Below are positions 38,880-46,623 of a DNA stretch of 46,623 nucleotides, piece by piece (position 1 is the stretch's first letter; each line of letters begins with the position of its first letter). The stretch spans positions 1-46,623 of the forward strand of contig JAEOSK010000021.1 of the NCBI GenBank assembly GCA_016840405.1, written 5' to 3'. The notes below the pieces were generated by a model, which saw only the letters and a program-made list of their open reading frames with translations, made no database searches and was not told the origin of the DNA. The DNA comes from Candidatus Hermodarchaeum yapensis. GTDB lineage: Archaea; Asgardarchaeota; Hermodarchaeia; Hermodarchaeales; Hermodarchaeaceae. The translations under genes were made by a program, and so were the position numbers.

Positions 38880-39905
38880 CTAGAATGAGCGTTGGTAAAT
38901 GAAATCAACCAACGAGGTCAAGAGTTGGGTTGATTTTTGATTGGGGAAGGCTTTAAGTGCCTTTTTTGCTGCGTCCACTAATTGTTTGGCTTGTTTTTGC
39001 ACAATGCTACTAGCCTCAGTTTGCTTTAGGAGTTTGATTATCTTCATCACTTCAGATTCCGTGGGTTCTGGGGAACGAAGAACATTAAGGACAAAGGAGC
39101 GATCGGTGTCAGATAATAACGGAATTGCATGGAGAATGATTGCGTTGCCAAGTTTATGTTCATAGATGTCTTTGCCTAGTTTTTTTCCGAGTTTAGCTTC
39201 TTCGGCGAAAAGGTCTAAGATATCATCTGCCAGTTGAAACGCAATTCCAGCCTTCCAGCCAAAGTTCCTAGCAGCAGATTGTAATTCCTTTGAACCACCT
39301 GCACAAATAACTCCAACTTCGCATGCGGCTCGGATGAGAGCTGCAGTCTTGTATCCAATCATAGACTCGTAATCTTCTAAGTTAACATCATGGTAGCGGT
39401 GTTTATCAGCATAATCTTGATCACCTGGAAGCTGTTCGAAGAGCACATCAAGGCGTTCTCCCTCAACTAACTCTCGGATTGTATCTGCAATGATACGAGC
39501 AATTGGAAGAGGATTGGGGGACTGGAGCACGCCTTCTTCAATCGCTTCACGATAATGTGTTGAGGCTAGAATGGCAAACGAAAGACCGAATTTTTTCCAA
39601 GTTGTTGGTAGGTTACGACGAACATTGGCATCGTCGATGATATCATCCAAAATGAGTGAGTAATTATGAGTCAATTCAATGGCAGCGGCACTAGATAAGG
39701 CATCTTCGAGTGAACCACCAGTGGCTTCGCAAAAAAGAATTGATAAAGCGGGACGAATGCGTTTTCCCCCTGCCTGGACTTGGTGGAACACAACCTCATG
39801 GAAGTCTTTTGCGGCTCCCTCAGCAAGGAGCTCAAGCATTTTTTCATCGACTCGCGAGCCAATCGTCCTAAGAACCTGTAATATATCCGGCAATAGTGTC
39901 ACCAT
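38880..39905 (-). CDS. idsA: Polyprenyl (geranylgeranyl) diphosphate synthase
   Basis: GGKRIRP, YSLILDDIIDD..RR (FARM with an aromatic at -5), KTA and FQLADDILD motifs. Confidence 0.9.
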   Translation of the reverse strand: MVTLLPDILQVLRTIGSRVDEKMLELLAEGAAKDFHEVVFHQVQAGGKRIRPALSILFCEATGGSLEDALSSAAAIELTHNYSLILDDIIDDANVRRNLPTTWKKFGLSFAILASTHYREAIEEGVLQSPNPLPIARIIADTIRELVEGERLDVLFEQLPGDQDYADKHRYHDVNLEDYESMIGYKTAALIRAACEVGVICAGGSKELQSAARNFGWKAGIAFQLADDILDLFAEEAKLGKKLGKDIYEHKLGNAIILHAIPLLSDTDRSFVLNVLRSPEPTESEVMKIIKLLKQTEASSIVQKQAKQLVDAAKKALKAFPNQKSTQLLTSLVDFIYQRSF

Positions 39906-39983
39906 CCAGTCATGGAGAAGCCCCTATTATAAAGAGATATTTACGCCTTTCCTACATTGAAATGAGAACTTGAACCACCGATT

Positions 39984-40889
39984 TTAATCCGATGGAGAGG
40001 CTAAATTGCGTCGTTTGGCTTGAATGCAGAGGAAGGAAGTTATTATTCTTGCTGCACAAATCGCAGTAATTCCTTGGTCATATTGTGGAGTGACTTCGTT
40101 TATATCAAAAATTGTCGCACGAGGAGTAATTACACGAAGAATAGAAAGAAGTTCCGAAGTAGTGATTCCAGCGGCTTCCGGGTTGCCTACTCCAGGAGCG
40201 TAAGCAGGATCAAGCACATCCATGTCCACCGAAATGTATACTGGAGGACCGGGAGGGATGGCATCATTAATCCGACGTGCAATTGCCGATGCGCCTTCTT
40301 TTTTGATATCTTTGCTTGTATAGTAGACGATGTTGTGTTTTTCAGCGTAATCGTATTCATCCTTTGCCACAGCTCGGACCCCGATTTGAATGAGATGGTC
40401 TGGTCCAAGTTGCTCTATGATGCGTCGTTGGACACAAGCATGAGAGAATTCGAGGTCATTGTAGCGGTCACGAAGATCCATGTGAGCGTCAAACTGGACT
40501 AATACAATGTCACGAGGAAGAGCTCGGACAGCGGCTAGTGTTAGGGTGTGTTCACCACCCAATAGTATTGGCACCTTATCTTGTTGATTTAATTGCGCAA
40601 CAACGGATTCTACTGCCTTCAACATGTTTGAAACTGATTCAACGTCGAAGTTAATATCCCCAATGTCAGCAATGGGAAGTTTAGCAGCATCGAAGTCTAA
40701 GTTTTCTTGAAGACAATAGCTTTCAATATGCTGAGAGGCTGTCCGAATAGCAGCTGGGCCCTTCTTTGACCCCTGGCGATAGGTACTTGTTTTATCAAAC
40801 GGCACGCCAGTGACAACGAATGTTGCTGGTGTTGGGTCAATGGGAGCTCCAAAAAACGTATTGACTACCGGCTTGACACCTGGAAACAT
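39984..40889 (-). CDS. speB: Agmatinase (ureohydrolase)
   Basis: GGEH, FDAHMD, SHAC and SVDMDVLDPAYAPGVG motifs. Confidence 0.92.
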   Translation of the reverse strand: MFPGVKPVVNTFFGAPIDPTPATFVVTGVPFDKTSTYRQGSKKGPAAIRTASQHIESYCLQENLDFDAAKLPIADIGDINFDVESVSNMLKAVESVVAQLNQQDKVPILLGGEHTLTLAAVRALPRDIVLVQFDAHMDLRDRYNDLEFSHACVQRRIIEQLGPDHLIQIGVRAVAKDEYDYAEKHNIVYYTSKDIKKEGASAIARRINDAIPPGPPVYISVDMDVLDPAYAPGVGNPEAAGITTSELLSILRVITPRATIFDINEVTPQYDQGITAICAARIITSFLCIQAKRRNLASPSD

Positions 40890-40969
40890 AGAATTCGCGG
40901 TCAGGATTAGTCCCTCTAAAGAAATGACCGTTACGCTGCTATATTGGTGTTGCTTTTTTGATGTTGAAG

Positions 40970-42193
40970 TTAAATTAGCTGGTTGGGGAGTTTTAGGTCA
41001 AGATCTTTGATTCGTGTTTTTAGAGTTGAAGGAGTATGGAGTTCATAGTATAGAGCGTTAATGAACTCATCAAGGAGATTGGCTTCTTGAGCCGCTTTAA
41101 AGAAGCCTTTCACAAGCCAAGCCCCAACGAAGTAAGTGAAGCCATAGGGTCCCCATATGGGGTCGATCATAAAGGGAAGTTGGGCTTTTGCATACGCTTC
41201 TTCATAAGCACCCAATTCTTTGATGTATCCGAGAACTTCTGATTCGTTTTTTTGTTGCTGTTGAAGCATAACTAATGCGTTAACCCCAACTGCTCGACGT
41301 AATTGGGTTATATACGAAGTGATGGTTTCGGCTTCTGTTGGAGGTCGGTCGGAACTTAGGATGTTAGGACCAGTTTCTGCTAGTCCTTCAACGATGGTGC
41401 AATCAGGAGTATTGATGAGTGCTATTGTGGCTTCGAGATTTTGTGTGTCTTGCTGATACCCTAGTTCACGTTGAACCAATTGTGTTTGATGTCCAGGATA
41501 CGCCTCGTGGGTTACCCATTTCCATATTCCGTATTTACTCCGAGGGAGTTGGGTGTTGATTTCTATTACCGCTTTAAAATCGCCTTGGTAGTAGTTGTAA
41601 GCGCTCCAAGGAGCATCAGGCACGGCCCGAAATTCAACACTTTCAGTTTCAGGTAATTCGAAGAGAACACGTTGAGTTGACCGACGTGCATCCATTGCGA
41701 TTTCTTGTGCGATGGGAATGATCTCGGATCCAGTTGTCATAGCTTGTTTTCGCCAACGGGCCGCCATTGACGTTAAATCTCCTTTCAGGACTTTTTTACG
41801 GAGCGCGCGATTGGCTTGTTCAGCTAGTTCTTCGATGCGTTCACTGGAAACTGTTACAACTTCAACGTCAAGTCCTGTTCGTACTCGTTCTTCAAAAGTC
41901 ACGTTATCATCAAGGGCATAGCGCACAAGTAGAACTATTGCATCCAATTGTTTAGTGAGAAAGGTTCGATGTGGTTCTTCGTGTATTTCCTTTCGTATTC
42001 TGGCGCGAAAAGTGTGAAGAGATTTGAGAAGTTCGTCTGGATTAGGGGTTTTGTCTTTATGTTTAAAATCAGGTGGTCCAAAATAACTGTCAATTACAAC
42101 GAAATCTTTTCCTTTGGCTTCCTTGACTAATGCATCCACCATGAAACAAAGTTGAATGTATTCTTCACTTACGGTTCCTTGATTTGATAGCAT
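40970..42193 (-). CDS. DUF885-like putative zinc metallopeptidase
   Basis: THEAYPGHQTQ followed by EGLA; YFGP; WSAYNYYQG. Confidence 0.72.
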   Translation of the reverse strand: MLSNQGTVSEEYIQLCFMVDALVKEAKGKDFVVIDSYFGPPDFKHKDKTPNPDELLKSLHTFRARIRKEIHEEPHRTFLTKQLDAIVLLVRYALDDNVTFEERVRTGLDVEVVTVSSERIEELAEQANRALRKKVLKGDLTSMAARWRKQAMTTGSEIIPIAQEIAMDARRSTQRVLFELPETESVEFRAVPDAPWSAYNYYQGDFKAVIEINTQLPRSKYGIWKWVTHEAYPGHQTQLVQRELGYQQDTQNLEATIALINTPDCTIVEGLAETGPNILSSDRPPTEAETITSYITQLRRAVGVNALVMLQQQQKNESEVLGYIKELGAYEEAYAKAQLPFMIDPIWGPYGFTYFVGAWLVKGFFKAAQEANLLDEFINALYYELHTPSTLKTRIKDLDLKLPNQLI

Positions 42194-42197
42194 TCAT

Positions 42198-42785
42198 TTA
42201 CGTCTCCGTGAAGAGTTTGTCCATTAATCGAGTTGCAAGGTCTAAAAAGGCGTCGTGAACATTCCTCCCATCAAAGGCGCTTGTTTCATAATAATTCCCT
42301 TTCATTCGGTCTGTCGCCTGTTTAGCAGCGTATTCAGACACTTCTCGTTCATGGTCTAAATCAATCTTATTTGCTAACAAAAGTCTCTCATAGTCTGAAC
42401 CTAATACTTCCTCTACTTCATCAATCCACCGAGATTCGATTGCCGATGCAGACGAGGCACGGGTCACATCAAAAACAAAGACGGCGGCATTGGCTCCTGT
42501 GTAATATCGTTGCCGCATGGTTCGAAACCGCTCCTGTCCCCCGGTATCGAACATTTGCAGCTTTAGTTTTCGTCCTTTAACATCCAAAATTTTGGTTACA
42601 ACATTTACACCAATGCTTGGCTTGTAATCATGATCGAATTTATTCTCCGCAAACCGACGAACCAGACTAGTTTTTCCTACGCCCCAATCACCACAAAACA
42701 CGACTTTCACCACATATTGTGCTTCCTGAGATTCGTCAGTTTCAGAGCTTTCAATGTCATTAGGAAAAGGGGATATGGTCCTCAC
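42198..42785 (-). CDS. Rab-like small GTPase (Ras superfamily)
   Basis: G1 GDWGVGKTS, G2 YKPSIG, G3 FDTGGQE, G4 NKID, G5 ETSA; RabF-like KLQMF, RFRTM and YYTGA; no C-terminal Cys. Confidence 0.93.
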   Translation of the reverse strand: MRTISPFPNDIESSETDESQEAQYVVKVVFCGDWGVGKTSLVRRFAENKFDHDYKPSIGVNVVTKILDVKGRKLKLQMFDTGGQERFRTMRQRYYTGANAAVFVFDVTRASSASAIESRWIDEVEEVLGSDYERLLLANKIDLDHEREVSEYAAKQATDRMKGNYYETSAFDGRNVHDAFLDLATRLMDKLFTET

Positions 42786-42890
42786 CTCTTCTAACCATTC
42801 AGCACCAGCTTAGGTAAGAGTCTTACGTTTGGAAAGAACAAACGATTGCTCCACTTTTATTCATCCCAGGAATGAAATCTGAGAATTGAA

Positions 42891-42993
42891 GAAGGAAGCG
42901 AAGGTGCCATTGAAAAGGTGAAGGGAGGGGGAGCGAGGGGAGGGCGAGGAACGATGCGGACACAACATTACATCATATCCCTTCGCTTCCTTC
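42891..42993. repeat. Perfect 14-bp inverted repeat enclosing a G-tract (+ strand) / C-tract (- strand) loop
   Basis: GAAGGAAGCGAAGG (42891-42904) and CCTTCGCTTCCTTC (42980-42993); the loop contains GGGAGGGGGAGCGAGGGGAGGG (42923-42944). Confidence 0.85.
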
Positions 42994-43120
42994 AAGAGAG
43001 TGGTTTCTGCAAATTATTTAAACTCCTCAACTGCAGAGCAAAAACTAGCTCGTTTTTTCTTGTATGGAGTAGCATTTTTTAGTTCACAGAATTTGGTTTG
43101 CTAAGTGAACCGATGAAAAG

Positions 43121-43369
43121 CTAATCTTTTCGGATGATTTGTGAAACCATAAGAGTTAGGGTTTCTTTTACTCCGTCTGTGGGTCGGAGTTTTTTGAAGA
43201 TGAATTCATTAAGCTTCTCTTCATTGGCTACTTCAATGAGACAAAAGATATCATGGATTCCGTAGACAGATGAAATTTCTTTCACCATCGGTAAATCTTT
43301 CAACGCATCAAATATTGTATCGGTGAGGGGAGGATCAACATCAATGAGGATAATCGCGGTTAAGGTCAT
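43121..43369 (-). CDS. Stand-alone Lrp/AsnC ligand-binding (RAM) domain protein
   Basis: AIILIDV...VYGIHDIFCLIE...DGVKETLTL pattern; no HTH. Confidence 0.88.
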   Translation of the reverse strand: MTLTAIILIDVDPPLTDTIFDALKDLPMVKEISSVYGIHDIFCLIEVANEEKLNEFIFKKLRPTDGVKETLTLMVSQIIRKD

Positions 43370-43407
43370 AAATTAACAGCCCCGTCAATAGACAATCAAC
43401 CTTTCAG

Positions 43408-43600
43408 TTCCCGCTTTCTATATTTGTGAACTACTCCACACTAATTGGTGGAGTTTCCTGCTTCGACGCTTCAGTTACCACTGACAGCTCCACAGGCCCA
43501 ACCCGAGGTTCCCTCGGTGTTATAATGGACACAAGTCCTATCATCTTAATATTTTTTGCGGCATTGATGTCCCGGTCAAGAAGCTTACCACATGCAGGGC
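43408..43600 (-). ncRNA. Predicted TnpB omega-RNA (reRNA): scaffold overlapping the tnpB 3' end plus flanking guide; 5' boundary uncertain
   Basis: Hairpins CCGAGG/CCTCGG (43503-43517) and ACTCCAC/GTGGAGT (43433-43454); established architecture of IS605 right ends. Confidence 0.6.
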
Positions 43601-44714
43601 AGATCCATACTCGGTCTTCCAAAGAGAGTGCCATATTGATGTGACCACAGTTATGACACCGCTTTGATGTGGGTGCAAACAAGCCCACCTCAATTAGAGT
43701 TTTGCCATACCATTCGGCTTTATACCGTAACATTCTAAGGAACTGGGACCAGGCGGCTCCAGCTACCGACTTGGCAAGCTGCCGATTACGTAACAATCCG
43801 TAGACGTTGAGACTCTCCACCATGATTGCTTGGTTCTCGCGAATCAATCGGGTCGAGAGCTTCTGCTGAAAGTCCGCCCGCTGATTAACTACTCGCTCAT
43901 AGCAGCGAGCCAATCGCTGTCGCGCTTTTTCCCAGTTTCGACTCCCCTGCACCTTTTTGCTTAATCTGTGATGCAGGCACTGAAGACGTTTCAATGCATT
44001 TCGTAGAAAGCGTGGATTCCCAACCTTTTCACCAGTACACATAGTGACATAGTTCGTCAATCCAACATCAACCCCAACCGACGTCTGGTCCGTCGCCTGT
44101 GGCTTCGGAGGCGGGACTTTTCCATCGTCGACTATAATCGAGATGAAAAACTTGCCCGTGACGGTCGAAACAATAGTACAGGTTTTTGGAGTACCCGTGA
44201 ACCTTCGATGGATAATAGTCATAACCGCCCCAATCTTAGGGAGATTGACTCGCCCCTTAACAAAATCAACAGTGAAAAACTGGGGCACATCAAAGGATTG
44301 CCGATGCGCCTTGCGCCGTTTGAACTTTGGATAACCTGGCTGTTCCTTGCCATTAGTGATGCGGCGAAAGAAGTGTTGGAAGGCTATGTGGAGGCGCTTA
44401 GCCGCTTGTTGGAGAGATTGGGAGTATACGTCTTTGAGAAAAGGGTGATTTTCCTTTAGTTCTACTAGACGGTTGTTCAGGTCGAACCAGCTTAGGTTCG
44501 TTCCATCCATTTCATAGCTTTTCTTCTTGGTTTCCAATGCCCAGTTATAGACAAAGCGACAAGCATCATTGGTTTTCCGAATCCGCTCTCGTTGCATTTG
44601 ATTTGGGTAGAGGCGATACCTGAAGCTCCTGAGCATAATATTATGTTCAGCAACGAACTATTTGAAGTCTGCAATTCATCGTCGCCTTGAAGGATTAGGT
44701 CTTCTTGGGGATAG
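43426..44714 (-). mobile_element. IS200/IS605-family element, TnpB only (IS1341-like, no tnpA)
   Basis: Right end on the minus strand GAAGCAGGAAACTCCACCAATTAGTGTGGAGTAGTTCAC (hairpin plus TCAC end at 43426). Left-end-like CAAGAAG...AAGGCG..GATGAATTG at ~44670-44707 with TTGAT at 44719-44715. The left boundary is approximate. Confidence 0.75.
43431..44636 (-). CDS. tnpB: RNA-guided endonuclease TnpB
   Basis: N-terminal FRYRLYPN, RuvC-I GVDVG, RuvC-II VESL, Zn finger CHNC...CPAC, RuvC-III DRDINAA. Confidence 0.96.
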   Translation of the reverse strand: MLRSFRYRLYPNQMQRERIRKTNDACRFVYNWALETKKKSYEMDGTNLSWFDLNNRLVELKENHPFLKDVYSQSLQQAAKRLHIAFQHFFRRITNGKEQPGYPKFKRRKAHRQSFDVPQFFTVDFVKGRVNLPKIGAVMTIIHRRFTGTPKTCTIVSTVTGKFFISIIVDDGKVPPPKPQATDQTSVGVDVGLTNYVTMCTGEKVGNPRFLRNALKRLQCLHHRLSKKVQGSRNWEKARQRLARCYERVVNQRADFQQKLSTRLIRENQAIMVESLNVYGLLRNRQLAKSVAGAAWSQFLRMLRYKAEWYGKTLIEVGLFAPTSKRCHNCGHINMALSLEDRVWICPACGKLLDRDINAAKNIKMIGLVSIITPREPRVGPVELSVVTEASKQETPPISVE

Positions 44715-44920
44715 ATCAATCCAAAAGTAGATGAAAACCCGCGATTTGTAATCTGTTCCGAATTCGAGCCTCCAGTGATGCCCTATTTCATAGAAGTCAT
44801 GCACGAAATCATTGAACGAGAATGAAAAACTTCAAAGGTAAGTCGTGACCATGTGAAGTATCCCCTCACAGTCAAGGTCATACTGTGAATCTGGACTCTT
44901 TATTCAAAGGAGGGATCATC

Positions 44921-46600
44921 TTGAACTTATCTAAATCTGATAAAATCCTTGTCACATGTGGATTACCCTATGCGAACGGTTCTGCCCACCTTGGCCACCT
45001 TCGCACCTATATTCCGGGTGACGCGTATACTAGATACCTCAAGCGATTTGGCCTTGACGTGATATTTTTCTGTGGATCTGATACTCATGGTGCCCCTATT
45101 GAACTCGCTGCTGTGCAGGCAGGTCTTTCCCCCAAGGAATTTACCGAGAAATACCACACCCACTATAAAAGCATCTTTGAGAGATTGAATATCAACGTCG
45201 ATTTATATGGGACCACCGAAGCACCGTATCATTATCGGAGAGCCCAAACCATTATTCGAATTCTTGAGAAAAATGGGCACATCGAAACTCGAGAAGTTGG
45301 ATTACCCTATTGTGAAACCTGCCAAACATTTCTAGCTGATCGATTTCTTACAGGAACATGTCCCTATTGTGGGGCTCAAGCCCGTGGTGATGAATGTGAC
45401 CAAGGCTGTCAAAGGTACCTTGACGCAGATCAGCTCATCGACCCCCGATGTGTAACTTGTGGGAATCCGTCTATCATAAAGAAAACACGCCATCACTTCT
45501 TCAAACTGCCTGACTTCACTGATTTCCTCATCAAGTATAATGAGCAATTGAAAGGAACTCCCCTTGCGAGAAATTATGCCCTAGGCTGGATTCGGCAAGG
45601 GCTTAAAGAATGGAACATCTCACGTAACCTAAAGTGGGGTATTCCATACCCGGATGACGATGAACTTGTACTCTATGTTTGGGCAGAAAATTATGCAGGT
45701 TATATCTCTTTTACCGAGGAATGGGCGCGGCAGAAAGGTGCTGACTGGGAAAAGTACTGGATTCGCGACGGAAAGCTCGTTCACTTCATAGGAGCAGACA
45801 TTGTTTACCATCATGCAATCTTTTGGCCAGCAATACTCAAGGGCGCTAACTACAATACACCATATGCTGTCGTCGCAAGCGGCATGGTCAAAGTCGAAGG
45901 TCACGGACTATCAAAGAGCCGTGGATTCGTCATTGATATCGAAGACGATTTCATCAAGAACCAAATTGACCTTGATGCAGTCCGATATTATATGCTATCT
46001 TACACAGGGTTTACCAAGGACCTGGATTTTGTCTGGAAGGACTTTCAAACCAAAATGAACAACGAACTGGTCGGTATTTTCGGAAATTATGCATACCGAG
46101 TGCTTTTATTTATTCATAAAAACTACGGGAAAATTCCTGAAGGCTCCCTTACTCCAGAGACTAAGCAGAAGATCACTCAGACAATCGAATCTGTTCAGAA
46201 ATCAGTGGATGAATTTCGGTTCAAAGAAGCGATAGACAATACTATGCAACTTGCCGCGTATGGAAACACAACCTTTCAACAATGTGAACCTTGGAAATCA
46301 ATCAAAGAAGACTCTACACGTTGCCAAAGCGATTTGTATCAATGTCTACAACTCCTCAAGGCTATCGCCATTTTAATTGAACCAGCAATGCCAACTGTAG
46401 CGGAGCGCCTCTGGCTACAAGTAGGTCAAACCGGAAATGTTCACGAAACCACGGTGAAAGATTGTCTAGAGCCACTTACCTCTGAAATAAAACTACCTAA
46501 ACCAAAGGTCCTATTTACAAAAATGCCCGATGAAATCGTTGAAAAAATGAGCACAATACTGACCCACCGTATCAAATCTGCGAGATCAAAAGCGAATTAG
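44921..46600 (+). CDS. metG: Methionyl-tRNA synthetase (no C-terminal Trbp111-like domain)
   Basis: LPYANG, HLGH, GSDTHG, four CxxC knuckle motifs, HFIGADI and LSKS; TTG 44921 follows an AGGAGGG SD. Confidence 0.95.
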   Translation: MNLSKSDKILVTCGLPYANGSAHLGHLRTYIPGDAYTRYLKRFGLDVIFFCGSDTHGAPIELAAVQAGLSPKEFTEKYHTHYKSIFERLNINVDLYGTTEAPYHYRRAQTIIRILEKNGHIETREVGLPYCETCQTFLADRFLTGTCPYCGAQARGDECDQGCQRYLDADQLIDPRCVTCGNPSIIKKTRHHFFKLPDFTDFLIKYNEQLKGTPLARNYALGWIRQGLKEWNISRNLKWGIPYPDDDELVLYVWAENYAGYISFTEEWARQKGADWEKYWIRDGKLVHFIGADIVYHHAIFWPAILKGANYNTPYAVVASGMVKVEGHGLSKSRGFVIDIEDDFIKNQIDLDAVRYYMLSYTGFTKDLDFVWKDFQTKMNNELVGIFGNYAYRVLLFIHKNYGKIPEGSLTPETKQKITQTIESVQKSVDEFRFKEAIDNTMQLAAYGNTTFQQCEPWKSIKEDSTRCQSDLYQCLQLLKAIAILIEPAMPTVAERLWLQVGQTGNVHETTVKDCLEPLTSEIKLPKPKVLFTKMPDEIVEKMSTILTHRIKSARSKAN

Positions 46601-46623
46601 GCACTTTCAACATAATTTCTTAG

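Noticed and set aside
42863-42975. Tiny minus-strand uORFs (ATG ATG TAA and an overlapping ~35-codon ORF) and a box C-like ATGATG
   Set aside because: No coding evidence and no complete C/D box pair; the region is better explained by the stem-loop
44637-44884. Possible tnpA remnant upstream of tnpB
   Set aside because: No HUH/Y1 or serine-recombinase motif found in the short frames
1-46623. CRISPR arrays, tRNA or rRNA genes, selenocysteine or pyrrolysine readthrough
   Set aside because: No regularly spaced repeats or cloverleaf/rRNA signatures seen by eye, and no gene appears truncated at an internal TGA or TAG

Overview
A gene-dense archaeal chromosomal segment, most likely from an Asgard archaeon. 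That assignment is inferred from three gelsolin-like proteins, a Rab-like small GTPase, a V4R/Bet3-like protein and a giant Ig-like surface protein; the sub-lineage cannot be determined from this window. From left to right it holds: a >=1275-aa membrane-anchored surface protein that runs off the left edge and is missing from the ORF track; a CbiR-like TIM barrel plus a PHP hydrolase; a beta-CASP ribonuclease behind a ~225-nt highly structured leader; an acyl-CoA catabolic cluster (ligase, two crotonases, a canonical thiolase, and two Cys/His-less thiolase-fold proteins with two DUF35 partners); peptidases (M29, TldD/PmbA, M24, DUF885-like); a radical SAM enzyme, a sirtuin, and an FGGY kinase with a LarA-family protein; HMG-CoA reductase and GGPP synthase; a TnpB-only IS200/IS605 element with its omega-RNA; and MetRS. 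The best candidates for undescribed biology are (i) three clustered paralogues built as gelsolin-like domain + Pro/Thr-rich linker + a shared unnamed C-terminal domain, one ending in a WH2-like helix and acidic tail, and (ii) two structured non-coding elements, one upstream of the beta-CASP RNase and one upstream of the Rab GTPase. All family calls come from motif recognition by eye; no database searches were run.
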